From: Agrilactobacillus fermenti
Lineage (GTDB): Bacteria; Bacillota; Bacilli; Lactobacillales; Lactobacillaceae
Assembly: GCF_021030645.1 (NCBI RefSeq)
Contig: NZ_JACGCJ010000027.1
Coordinates: forward strand, 14,206 to 38,205
Length of the DNA stretch: 24,000 nucleotides
Direction: 5' to 3'
How positions within the stretch are numbered: the first letter of the stretch is position 1; the number at the start of each line of letters is the position of its first letter. The notes below the pieces were generated by a model that was not told the origin of the DNA, ran no database searches, and saw only the letters and a program-made list of their open reading frames with translations. The position numbers were made by a program, and so were the translations under genes. Shown one piece after another: positions 15,765 through 23,777 of the stretch.

Positions 15765-17288
15765 CTAAAGGACTTGGTTCTTAGGACGCCCTAAATTCAT
15801 TCGTTTCTCAAATGCATTCAATAATGCTGAAAGTACCAAAGTTAATGCAAAATAAATAAATGAAGTTAAAACTAATGGACTAAACGGTTTGAAGCTGGCC
15901 CCTTGAACGACCCCCGTTTGGAACATCAATTCACCGACACCAATAACACTAACAATTGCCGATTCCTTTAGTAAGGAAATAAATTCATTTCCTAATGCTG
16001 GCAAAATTGTTTTTACCGCTTGTGGCAAGACAACAAACCGGGTCGTGTCTTTTTGAGATATACCCAAAGACCGAGCAGCTTCTGTTTGTCCTTTTGGCAC
16101 TGAATTTATGCCGGAACGAATGATTTCCGAAACATAAGCGCCGGAATTAAGCGACAATGCAATTGCTGCGGAAACAAAGGCTGATAAATCCAAACCCATG
16201 ATCTGAGTACCAAAATAAATCATAAATACCTGAACAAGTAATGGTGTGCCCCGGAAATATTCAATATAGATCACAGCAATCCAATGGGCTAAGAAGTTCT
16301 TCGCGCGTTTCATTAATGCTAAGACAGTGCCTAAGATGGTGCCAAACAAGACGCCTAAAATGGTTAACCCAATGGTAATGCCTGTCCCTGACAAGAAATA
16401 GCTACCATATTGGGCAAAAAAGCCACTGTTGGCAAACATTTGCTTTTGCGCATTTTTGATATACCCATTCAGTAAATGTTGCCGTTTGATTTGCCGAATC
16501 GAATGATTGACTTGTGCCGCCAAAGCGGGCGCATCTTTGGGCATGGCAACGGCCGCATTTTTAGTGGCGTTGGCAAACTTGACATTTTTAGCCAAGGCTA
16601 ATGATTTATCCTGGGCCACATAAGCATCCGCCACCGGTTTTTCAATAACGATGGCATCAATTTTTTTCTGTTGTAAATTAAGTACAATATCGGTCATTTT
16701 TTGCAGACTAACTGTTTTGGCACCCGTTAATTCAGTTTTAGCTAGGGTCTCTTGCGTTGTTTGTTTTTGAACGCCAACTTTGACATTGTTAAAATCATTA
16801 ACGCCCTGATACTTATTAGCATCTGCTTTCCGAACCATCACTGTTTGTTTGACTGTCAAATAGGGCTCAGAAAAAGTAACTTGTTTGGCCCGTTCTGGTG
16901 TCTCTGACATACCTGAAATAATGAGATCAATTTTGCCAGTTTTTAACGCTCCTAATAAGGCATCAAACCCCATTTCCTTGATTACTAAATGAACCCCCAT
17001 ATCTTTGGCAATTTTCTTTGCAATTGAAACATCAAACCCAATGATTTCATCTTGACCCTTGATCGTTTTATGAAATTCATAAGGTGGATAATCTGCTGAT
17101 AAACCTAAAACCAACGTCCCCTTTTTCTTGATTTTTTGCAAATATGGATCTGACTGTTTTGTTTGTGCCGCCTGCACTGTGCCTGTCTTAGTCAAATTTG
17201 CTAATGGCAAAAACGTTCCAATAACCATCGTTGCAATTAACATCAGATGCAGTATTCTTTTACCCCAATGCCCTTCATTTTGATTCAT
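15765..17288 (-). CDS. polar-amino-acid ABC transporter, fused substrate-binding domain and permease (GlnP-like, one SBD)
   Basis: N-terminal signal/anchor helix. Type-3 SBP domain (LGLSADYPPYEF, IDLIISGMSETPERAK). C-terminal permease with EAA-like loop (GQTEAARSLGISQKDTTRFVVLPQA). RBS GAGGT. No ABC ATPase gene lies on either side. Confidence 0.88.
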   Translation of the reverse strand: MNQNEGHWGKRILHLMLIATMVIGTFLPLANLTKTGTVQAAQTKQSDPYLQKIKKKGTLVLGLSADYPPYEFHKTIKGQDEIIGFDVSIAKKIAKDMGVHLVIKEMGFDALLGALKTGKIDLIISGMSETPERAKQVTFSEPYLTVKQTVMVRKADANKYQGVNDFNNVKVGVQKQTTQETLAKTELTGAKTVSLQKMTDIVLNLQQKKIDAIVIEKPVADAYVAQDKSLALAKNVKFANATKNAAVAMPKDAPALAAQVNHSIRQIKRQHLLNGYIKNAQKQMFANSGFFAQYGSYFLSGTGITIGLTILGVLFGTILGTVLALMKRAKNFLAHWIAVIYIEYFRGTPLLVQVFMIYFGTQIMGLDLSAFVSAAIALSLNSGAYVSEIIRSGINSVPKGQTEAARSLGISQKDTTRFVVLPQAVKTILPALGNEFISLLKESAIVSVIGVGELMFQTGVVQGASFKPFSPLVLTSFIYFALTLVLSALLNAFEKRMNLGRPKNQVL

Positions 17289-17411
17289 AATATCTACCTC
17301 ATTATTTTTTAATTTTTCTCATTATACATCATAATTAATATTTATGCACGTTTTTCGAATATTTATATATATTTATACATTAAATCAGACTTCAAGCCAA
17401 TTTCAGAAAAC

Positions 17412-17460
17412 AAAAAAAGACCTACTACCTGAGGCCTGATGACCTGGAGATAATAGATCT
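17412..17460 (-). terminator. rho-independent terminator after the trehalose PTS genes
   Basis: Minus-strand RNA AGAUCUAUUAUCU...AGGUAGUAGGUCU forms a 13-bp stem (three G.U pairs) and is followed by U7. Confidence 0.8.
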
Positions 17461-17529
17461 AATTTAGTTATGTCGATTTTAGGAAACTTTCATTATACTT
17501 TTCTATCAGACATTCACTTAAATTTGCAA

Positions 17530-19023
17530 TTAATGACTGGCAGCAACTTTACCTGGGTTTTGTTTCTTCTCAACTTTTTCACCCATGACCATCTTGTCAT
17601 TGTAGCCCCAGACCCAAGTGATAATGAAGCTGACAATTAAAGCAGCAATGCTTGAGAACAAGAAGGCATAAAAACTATTCAAATTCGTTGGATTCTTAGG
17701 ATCAAAGAACGATGAAAAACCAATCAATGATCCAGTAAATCCAAACATATTGCCATGCATTAAACCTGTAATAAAGCCACCAACTGCCGAGCCTATCAAA
17801 CCAGAAACAAAGACTTTACGATATCTTAAGTTCACACCATAAATCGCAGGTTCAGTAACACCACAAAATGCTGAAATCGTAGCTGCAAAACCAAGTTCTT
17901 TCAGGCCTGCCTTGCGTGATTTAATCGCAACCGCCAAGACAGCAGCACCTTGCGCAACCATTGTAGTGCTGATAATGGCGTTTAGCGGACTAGCACCATT
18001 GGCTGAAATTTGCTGAGCAACCAGTGGCACAACGCCCCAATGCAAACCGAAAATAACAAGCACTTGATAGAAACCGCCGATGATCAGACCACCAGCCCAA
18101 CCAGATACACTGACCAACCAAGTAATAAAATCAGCGATACCATTGGCAATACCTTGAATTACTGGACCAGTGATTAGAATTGTTACGGTTGAGACCACCA
18201 GAACAACGATCATTGGTACAAAAATCATTTGCAAATAATTTGGTAAATGATTCTTTAACCAAACTTCCAGCTTTTTAGCTAGCCAAGCGGCTAAAATCAT
18301 TGGAAAAATTGAATAGGTGTATTTTAAGAATTGAAAATCAAAACCACCAATGGTAAACATCGTCTTAAAATTCGTGCCCCATTGGACAATTTGTGGGTAA
18401 GCTAGAAAGGCACCAATTGTCTCGGCAATGATGGGGTCACCACCTAACCGACGAGCGGCGGCAAAGCCAACTAGTACGGGTAAGAAATAAAAGGCTGCAT
18501 CAGCCATAGCAGAAACTGTTAAGTATGGGACGCTCTTAGGATCTAATAAAGAGCCGAGTTGCGGTAACGTCAATAATGCCAGTAAACCTTTAATAATACC
18601 AGAAGCGGCAATCACACCAATGACCGGACTCATCGAACCCGTGATCACGCCAATTAGATTATTCATCCCATGTTTCAATCGATCCCACAAACTTAAATTT
18701 TGCGGTGTTTTAGCACTCCCACCCGTTTCAGCGACGGCTTGTGCGGTTGCTTCAGGATCAGCGTATTCCGGACCAAGTTGCTGGATCACTGCATCGTAAA
18801 CATCTGTGACGGCATTTCCGATAACAACCTGGTATTGTCCCTGGGCTTTACGGACATCAATCACACCCGGCGTATTTTTTAAAACAGCCGTGTTGGCCTT
18901 ATCTTCATCTTTCAAGTAAAAACGCAATCGAGTAATACAATGGATCAAACTATCCACATTTTGCTGACCACCAACATTTTGAATAATCTCTTTAGCCAGC
19001 TCTGTGTAATCCTTTTTAGCCAT
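17530..19023 (-). CDS. treB: PTS EIIBC component, glucose/sucrose/trehalose superfamily; trehalose-specific by context
   Basis: EIIB phospho-Cys motif HCITRLRF. Multi-TM EIIC with GVTEPAIYGVNL. Sits in a locus with treR and treC. Specificity is inferred from context only. Confidence 0.8.
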   Translation of the reverse strand: MAKKDYTELAKEIIQNVGGQQNVDSLIHCITRLRFYLKDEDKANTAVLKNTPGVIDVRKAQGQYQVVIGNAVTDVYDAVIQQLGPEYADPEATAQAVAETGGSAKTPQNLSLWDRLKHGMNNLIGVITGSMSPVIGVIAASGIIKGLLALLTLPQLGSLLDPKSVPYLTVSAMADAAFYFLPVLVGFAAARRLGGDPIIAETIGAFLAYPQIVQWGTNFKTMFTIGGFDFQFLKYTYSIFPMILAAWLAKKLEVWLKNHLPNYLQMIFVPMIVVLVVSTVTILITGPVIQGIANGIADFITWLVSVSGWAGGLIIGGFYQVLVIFGLHWGVVPLVAQQISANGASPLNAIISTTMVAQGAAVLAVAIKSRKAGLKELGFAATISAFCGVTEPAIYGVNLRYRKVFVSGLIGSAVGGFITGLMHGNMFGFTGSLIGFSSFFDPKNPTNLNSFYAFLFSSIAALIVSFIITWVWGYNDKMVMGEKVEKKQNPGKVAASH

Positions 19024-19035
19024 TTTTCATTCCCC

Positions 19036-19524
19036 TCACTTTGTTGTCACAGTCCCCACGACTTGACTTTGTTCAACTGGACCTTTCGCAACATTTAAAG
19101 CTCCAAGTTTGTCGGCTGAATTTGTAATGACGACAATAATGACAGTATCCAGATTGGCTGCCTTGACTTGCGCCAAATCCATTGTGGCAATAGGCTGACC
19201 ACCTGTCACCGGCTCATCGGCAGCCACTTGGATCTCAAAGGGTGCGCCTTTCAAATCAACTGTATCCACGCCCATATGAATTAAAACTTCCAAGCCGTTC
19301 GCCATGGTTATCCCAATTGCATGCTTGGTACTTGCGACCATGCTTACCGTGCCCGACACAGGTGCCACGATCTGATCAGCATTCGGTTGAATCCCAAAGC
19401 CTTCCCCCATTGCTTTAGATGAAAAGACTTTATCACTAACTTGAGAGATGTCGACTAACTCACCCGTCGCCGGCGCATAAACTTGATTATCGATCTGCTT
19501 TTTCTTGCCAAAAAATTTAAACAT
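19036..19524 (-). CDS. PTS EIIA component (glucose family), separate polypeptide
   Basis: The two conserved His contexts of EIIA-Glc are present: TKHAIGIT and LIHMGVDTV. RBS AGGAGGG. Ends 12 nt upstream of the EIIBC start. Confidence 0.88.
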   Translation of the reverse strand: MFKFFGKKKQIDNQVYAPATGELVDISQVSDKVFSSKAMGEGFGIQPNADQIVAPVSGTVSMVASTKHAIGITMANGLEVLIHMGVDTVDLKGAPFEIQVAADEPVTGGQPIATMDLAQVKAANLDTVIIVVITNSADKLGALNVAKGPVEQSQVVGTVTTK

Positions 19525-19554
19525 TTTTCACCCTCCTAAATAAGGAATTAGCTA

Positions 19555-19569
19555 ATTAACCGCTTTCAA
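19555..19569 (-). promoter_or_regulatory. cre-like (CcpA) box at about +1 of the PTS promoter
   Basis: The minus strand reads TTGAAAGCGGTTAAT. It has one mismatch to WTGNAANCGNWNNCW and lies immediately downstream of the -10 hexamer. Confidence 0.5.
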
Positions 19570-19574
19570 TGTTC

Positions 19575-19603
19575 AGTATATGTCCTGTACGTACAGGTGT
19601 CAA
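19575..19603 (-). promoter_or_regulatory. sigma-A promoter of the trehalose PTS operon with an embedded palindromic operator
   Basis: On the minus strand: TTGACA (complement of 19598-19603), 17-nt spacer, TATACT (complement of 19575-19580). The spacer contains the perfect 14-bp palindrome CCTGTACGTACAGG (19584-19597). Confidence 0.75.
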
Positions 19604-19692
19604 CAAAAATACGTTTAGAAACCATAGATTCTTAAATAGCTCTGAAATATCAGTATTTAGTTTTGAATAACATTGTTTTTCTTTTAAATTTA

Positions 19693-19717
19693 CTTGTCCG
19701 GATAGGGATGATATAAT
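19693..19717 (+). promoter_or_regulatory. treR-treC promoter region with a degenerate copy of the operator
   Basis: Extended -10 TGaTATAAT (19709-19717). CTTGTCCGGATAGG (19693-19706) matches the 19584-19597 palindrome at 10/14 positions and covers the -35/spacer region. Confidence 0.55.
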
Positions 19718-19721
19718 ACTT

Positions 19722-19736
19722 TTGAAAGCGATTCAT
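19722..19736 (+). promoter_or_regulatory. cre-like (CcpA) box at about +1 of the treR promoter
   Basis: TTGAAAGCGATTCAT has one mismatch to WTGNAANCGNWNNCW. It shares TTGAAAGCG(R)TT with the box at 19555-19569. Confidence 0.45.
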
Positions 19737-19791
19737 ATTGTTTGTCTGTTTTGTTACAATATCATTCGTAAATTTATCACAATGGGGTGAG

Positions 19792-20517
19792 ATGATGGAC
19801 ACAACTGCAAAGTACCTATCAATTGCACAAGATCTATCTAGTAAAATTAAATATGGTCAATATCCTGTTGGTGATAAGCTGCCAAGTGAAGCTGCATTAA
19901 TGCGCTTATATGGCACCTCTCGCGATACCATTCGCAAAGCCCTCGAAGAATTAACAAATAACGGGCTGATCCAAAAAGTCAAAGGGAAAGGCTCAATTGT
20001 TTTAAACACTTCACGTTTTACCTTCCCAATTTCAGGAATCACGACTTTTTCAGAATTAAATCAACGTCAGCAAATGCATGCTTTAACTAAGATTATCAAT
20101 TTAGAAGAACGGGCACTGCCAGAAAATATTGCCGACCAAGTTGCAGTTGAACAACGGGCGACAACTTTTGTGCGCCGCTTGCGGCAAATTGAACAGGAAC
20201 CGATCGTCGTAGACGAAGATTATGTTTTAAAAAGTATTGTGCCGCATATCCCGCGCTCGGTAGCGGAAAATTCACTTTATAAATACTTTGAACAAGAACT
20301 CAATCTAGATATTGCCTACGCCACCAAGTCAATTACCGTCGAACCAGGTGATGACTATACTTGCCAACTTCTAAATCTACCAGCAAAATCTTTGGTCGTT
20401 ATTGTCCGCAGCCTAACCTATTTGGCCGATACATCATTTTTCCAGTACACGACGTCATTACATCGGCCTGATCGCTTCAAATTTATTGATTTTGCGCGAC
20501 GTTCAGCAAAATTATGA
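19792..20517 (+). CDS. treR: GntR/HutC-family transcriptional repressor of the trehalose operon
   Basis: N-terminal winged HTH (LPSEAALMRLYGTSRDTIRKALEELTNNGLI) and a C-terminal UTRA-like effector domain. I prefer ATG 19792/19795 (MMDTTAKYL, RBS GGGGTGA) over the listed 19738 start, which would begin inside the promoter region. Confidence 0.88.
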   Translation: MMDTTAKYLSIAQDLSSKIKYGQYPVGDKLPSEAALMRLYGTSRDTIRKALEELTNNGLIQKVKGKGSIVLNTSRFTFPISGITTFSELNQRQQMHALTKIINLEERALPENIADQVAVEQRATTFVRRLRQIEQEPIVVDEDYVLKSIVPHIPRSVAENSLYKYFEQELNLDIAYATKSITVEPGDDYTCQLLNLPAKSLVVIVRSLTYLADTSFFQYTTSLHRPDRFKFIDFARRSAKL

Positions 20518-20531
20518 ATGGAGGATGCTTA

Positions 20532-22193
20532 ATGAATTTTAAAAATAAAGTCATCTATCAAATTTATCCCAAATCTTTTTATGATAGTAATGGTGATGGT
20601 ATTGGCGACTTACGAGGTATCATTCAAAAAATTGCTTATCTTAAAAAATTAAATATTGATATGATTTGGTTCAATCCGTTTTTTGTTTCGCCGCAACACG
20701 ATAATGGCTACGATATTGCCGATTATTACAATATCGATCCAATTTTCGGCACAATGGCTGATTTTGAAGATCTGGTAGCCGCTCTAAAAACAATCCATGT
20801 CGACATCATGCTTGATATGGTACTAAATCATGTTTCCACGGAGCATGAATGGTTCCAAAAAGCACTGGCTGGTGATGCCCACTACCAGAAGTATTTCTAT
20901 ATTCGTGAGCCAAAGTCAAATGGCGATCTACCCAATAATTGGACTTCTAAATTTGGTGGTCCGGCTTGGGCACCTTTTGGGGACACAGGTAAGTATTACT
21001 TACATCTCTATGATCCCAGCCAAGCTGATCTTGATTGGCACAATCCCGAAGTTCGTCAAGCTTTATATCAGGTAATCAATTTTTGGCATGCTAAAGGTGT
21101 TAAAGGCTTTCGTTTTGACGTGATCAATGTTACAGGAAAAGACGAAAGCTTGACTGATGCACCAGCAGGAACCGCAAGTAAATTTATGTATACCGATACA
21201 CCGATCGTGCAAAACTATTTAAAAGAAATGAACGCCCAAAGTTATGGTAAAGATCCCGATAGTATTACAGTAGGCGAAATGTCTTCAACGACAATTACCA
21301 ATTCAATTGCGTATACGAAACCGGAAAATCATGAGTTGACCATGGTCTTTTCTTTCCATCATTTAAAAGTTGATTATCAAAATGGCGAAAAATGGTCACG
21401 CATGCCCTTCGATTTTCAAAAGTTGAAACAAATTCTAAATGACTGGCAAGTAGGTATGACTAAAGGTGGTGGCTGGAATGCCCTTTTCTGGAACAATCAT
21501 GACCAGCCGATTGCTTTGAATCGATTTGGCGATACTGGTAAATATCGAGAAAAGGCGGCTGAAATGCTAGCCACTACGAGCCACTTATTACGCGGCACAC
21601 CATATATTTATCAAGGGGAAGAAATTGGCATGATCAACCCCCATTATCAAAGTATTGCTGATTATGTCGACGTGGAAAGTAAAAACGCCTATCAACGGTT
21701 ATTAAACAAAGGTGCTTCTCCTGCCGCTGCATTCGCAATCATCCAAGCAAAATCGCGCGATAATAGCCGCACCCCCATGCATTGGGATGCAACTAAAAAT
21801 GCCGGTTTTACCACGGGAACGCCTTGGTTGAAACCTACTGATCAGCAACAAATTAACGTGCAAAAAGAACTTGCTGAAGGTGAAATTTTTAATTATTATC
21901 AAAAACTAATTCATTTAAGAAAAACCCAGCCAATTATTTCTGAGGGTAATTATGAACCCCTAGACCTAACCCATCCGCAAGTATTTGCTTATCAGCGAAC
22001 TTGGCAAAATCAACACTTAATTGTGGTCAATAATTTTTATGGTCAAGCAACGACTTTTGCCTTACCACGTGATTTTCAGCACCTGACTTGTCAAACTCTG
22101 ATCAGCAACTATGCGCGCCAGATCCAACAAACAGAAAATAACTTATCACTAGCACCCTATGAAAGTCTGGCACTATTATTTACAATTAACTAA
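20532..22193 (+). CDS. treC: alpha,alpha-phosphotrehalase (trehalose-6-phosphate hydrolase), GH13
   Basis: GH13 regions DMVLNH, GFRFDVIN, VGEMSS and FWNNHDQP, with the N-terminus VIYQIYPKSF. ATG 20532 with RBS GGAGGA (20520-20525) is preferred to the listed 20514. The treR stop TGA is at 20515-20517. TreC rather than oligo-1,6-glucosidase is called from context. Confidence 0.88.
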   Translation: MNFKNKVIYQIYPKSFYDSNGDGIGDLRGIIQKIAYLKKLNIDMIWFNPFFVSPQHDNGYDIADYYNIDPIFGTMADFEDLVAALKTIHVDIMLDMVLNHVSTEHEWFQKALAGDAHYQKYFYIREPKSNGDLPNNWTSKFGGPAWAPFGDTGKYYLHLYDPSQADLDWHNPEVRQALYQVINFWHAKGVKGFRFDVINVTGKDESLTDAPAGTASKFMYTDTPIVQNYLKEMNAQSYGKDPDSITVGEMSSTTITNSIAYTKPENHELTMVFSFHHLKVDYQNGEKWSRMPFDFQKLKQILNDWQVGMTKGGGWNALFWNNHDQPIALNRFGDTGKYREKAAEMLATTSHLLRGTPYIYQGEEIGMINPHYQSIADYVDVESKNAYQRLLNKGASPAAAFAIIQAKSRDNSRTPMHWDATKNAGFTTGTPWLKPTDQQQINVQKELAEGEIFNYYQKLIHLRKTQPIISEGNYEPLDLTHPQVFAYQRTWQNQHLIVVNNFYGQATTFALPRDFQHLTCQTLISNYARQIQQTENNLSLAPYESLALLFTIN

Positions 22194-22205
22194 CCAAGCA
22201 TTAAT

Positions 22206-22250
22206 AAAAAGGTCAAAACAAAGCAACTTCCACTCTGTTTTGACCTTTTT
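22206..22250. terminator. bidirectional terminator between convergent treC and the DUF975 gene
   Basis: A5-GGTCAAAACA (22211-22220), 15-nt loop, TGTTTTGACC (22236-22245)-T5. Confidence 0.8.
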
Positions 22251-22276
22251 GCTGACCACTCGATATAGATATTGTA

Positions 22277-23020
22277 TTAATTTTGGACGTTAGCTTCACG
22301 TTGCTGTTGCAAATGATGATAGAAAGCTGCATTTGTTGCGGCTTGATATGGCATGACCCAAAACTCAGGTATACCTAATAATAAAACACTCAATAAATGC
22401 CAGCCGATAAAGGAAAGATCTAAGTAAAAGAGCCGGCCTTTTGCACCCCGCATCATCACTTTGCTAGCCCGAATATAGTCTAACGTATGCCAGTCGGTAT
22501 CTGTTTGATGATCCCGATAAATATAATACGTCATTCGGTAAGAGTATGAAGCTACGATGCCAGGAATGACAAGCAATAAACTCCAAAGGATGGTAAAAAT
22601 ATACATCATTAAGGCCAGTAATAAGACCGGACCAATATAGCGACTGGTAAAACTTTGAAAAGCCAGCTTAAAAGGATGTTCAATATTTATTTTAGGCTGC
22701 TGCAGCCAATCTAAAAAAGTAAAACTGATACCAGCTGTTAATAAGCCGCCAATCAACACGCCGGGAATATTACTAAAAATCTGCCAAACGAATTCACCAC
22801 CGTTATTAACATGAACTGGTGTATCAGTAATCGATTTAAGTGTGGGTTGAAAATTTGGTTGCATAAAGATATAGGCAATAATTGCGGTTAAAATAAGTAT
22901 GAAAAACATCGTCAATACTTTAAACAGGGCTGGGACCAGCGTCACTTGAACTGCTGTCAGCCAGTTCCCCTTAAATAATGCCCTCACCTCACGTTTTAAT
23001 TCAGAAACTTTTGTTTCCAT
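22277..23020 (-). CDS. DUF975-family integral membrane protein
   Basis: The N-terminus (ELKREVRALFKGNWLTAV) followed by about 5-6 TM segments fits my memory of the DUF975 family. RBS AGGAGG. Confidence 0.7.
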   Translation of the reverse strand: METKVSELKREVRALFKGNWLTAVQVTLVPALFKVLTMFFILILTAIIAYIFMQPNFQPTLKSITDTPVHVNNGGEFVWQIFSNIPGVLIGGLLTAGISFTFLDWLQQPKINIEHPFKLAFQSFTSRYIGPVLLLALMMYIFTILWSLLLVIPGIVASYSYRMTYYIYRDHQTDTDWHTLDYIRASKVMMRGAKGRLFYLDLSFIGWHLLSVLLLGIPEFWVMPYQAATNAAFYHHLQQQREANVQN

Positions 23021-23306
23021 TCAAGAAAAACCTCCTAATAATGATACACACTATAATCTAGAGTTGCTTACATTGTAACAGAAAGCAGCCATGTATCATA
23101 TTCTACAAGTGTATAAAATTTGACACAACTCACTGATTTATATTACTTTACTTTCAGAGAGATTGAGCTTTATTTTTAATAAATTTGCCAGCAAAAATCA
23201 GATATTTTATTTTTCATTTTCACTATAATAACTTGATTTATTTCACATATTATTGGATAATACAAGTTAGAGCATATGTTACTTACAGGAAACGGGGGGA
23301 ATATTC

Positions 23307-23681
23307 ATGGATTCAGAATACGGTCGAGATTCCGAAGCAATTTTAGAAGATTTATGGGATCTGTATGATGTTGCAAACAGTGATGACCGGTCTTTTAATC
23401 GAATTATGATTTATCCGAAGCATTTATTGTGGCGTGAGGCCAAAGTACAAGACAAAATTGAATCTTCCCATAGTCGGATCGTTAACCGTCCTGTCGTTGT
23501 TGCTTCATTTAATACATATGAAGAGCCGATGATTCTTCATGTCTTAAATAAGCCCACTGATTATGAAACTGAAAAGTCACTTTCTAACAAATTAGCAAAT
23601 TTAATCAATGAACTGATTCAAGCTTATGTTGTCGAGTCTTCAGAGAGTACGGCTGAAACGTCACAAGTCAAAAGTAATTAA
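23307..23681 (+). CDS. hypothetical acidic 124-aa protein; no domain recognised
   Basis: ATG with RBS GGGGGGA 7 nt upstream and TATAAT at 23224-23229. No TM segment or signal peptide. Lies in an AT-rich region next to an IS fragment. Confidence 0.55.
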   Translation: MDSEYGRDSEAILEDLWDLYDVANSDDRSFNRIMIYPKHLLWREAKVQDKIESSHSRIVNRPVVVASFNTYEEPMILHVLNKPTDYETEKSLSNKLANLINELIQAYVVESSESTAETSQVKSN

Positions 23682-23713
23682 TTATTTAGTCAATTTTAAT
23701 AACGTTTTAGTGC

Positions 23714-23777
23714 AAAAAGAGGCTGGGACATAAGTCTTTTTATACAGCCTAAAGTAAAAAAGAGGCTGGGACATAAG
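23714..23777. repeat. two identical 21-bp direct repeats, AAAAAGAGGCTGGGACATAAG
   Basis: Copies at 23714-23734 and 23757-23777 are 21/21 identical with a 43-bp period. Each looks like the 5' half of a terminator/REP-like stem, but no complementary GTCCCAGCCTC arm is present. Confidence 0.8.

Noticed and set aside
17398-17412. CodY-like box CAATTTCAGAAAACA
   Set aside because: It matches only 11/15 of AATTTTCWGAAAATT. It abuts the A-run of the PTS terminator about 75-90 bp from the nearest -10. As far as I recall, many Lactobacillaceae lack CodY. It is probably chance.
17344-17439. 31-aa plus-strand ORF (MHVFRIFIYIYTLNQ...) in the intergenic region
   Set aside because: It has no RBS, lies in promoter/terminator DNA, and runs through the terminator stem.
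19738-19791. N-terminal extensions in the ORF track (treR from 19738, treC from 20514, cof-like gene from 10510)
   Set aside because: The extensions would start inside promoter or RBS sequence or overlap the upstream stop. Internal ATGs at 19792, 20532 and 10528 have proper Shine-Dalgarno spacing and give canonical N-termini.
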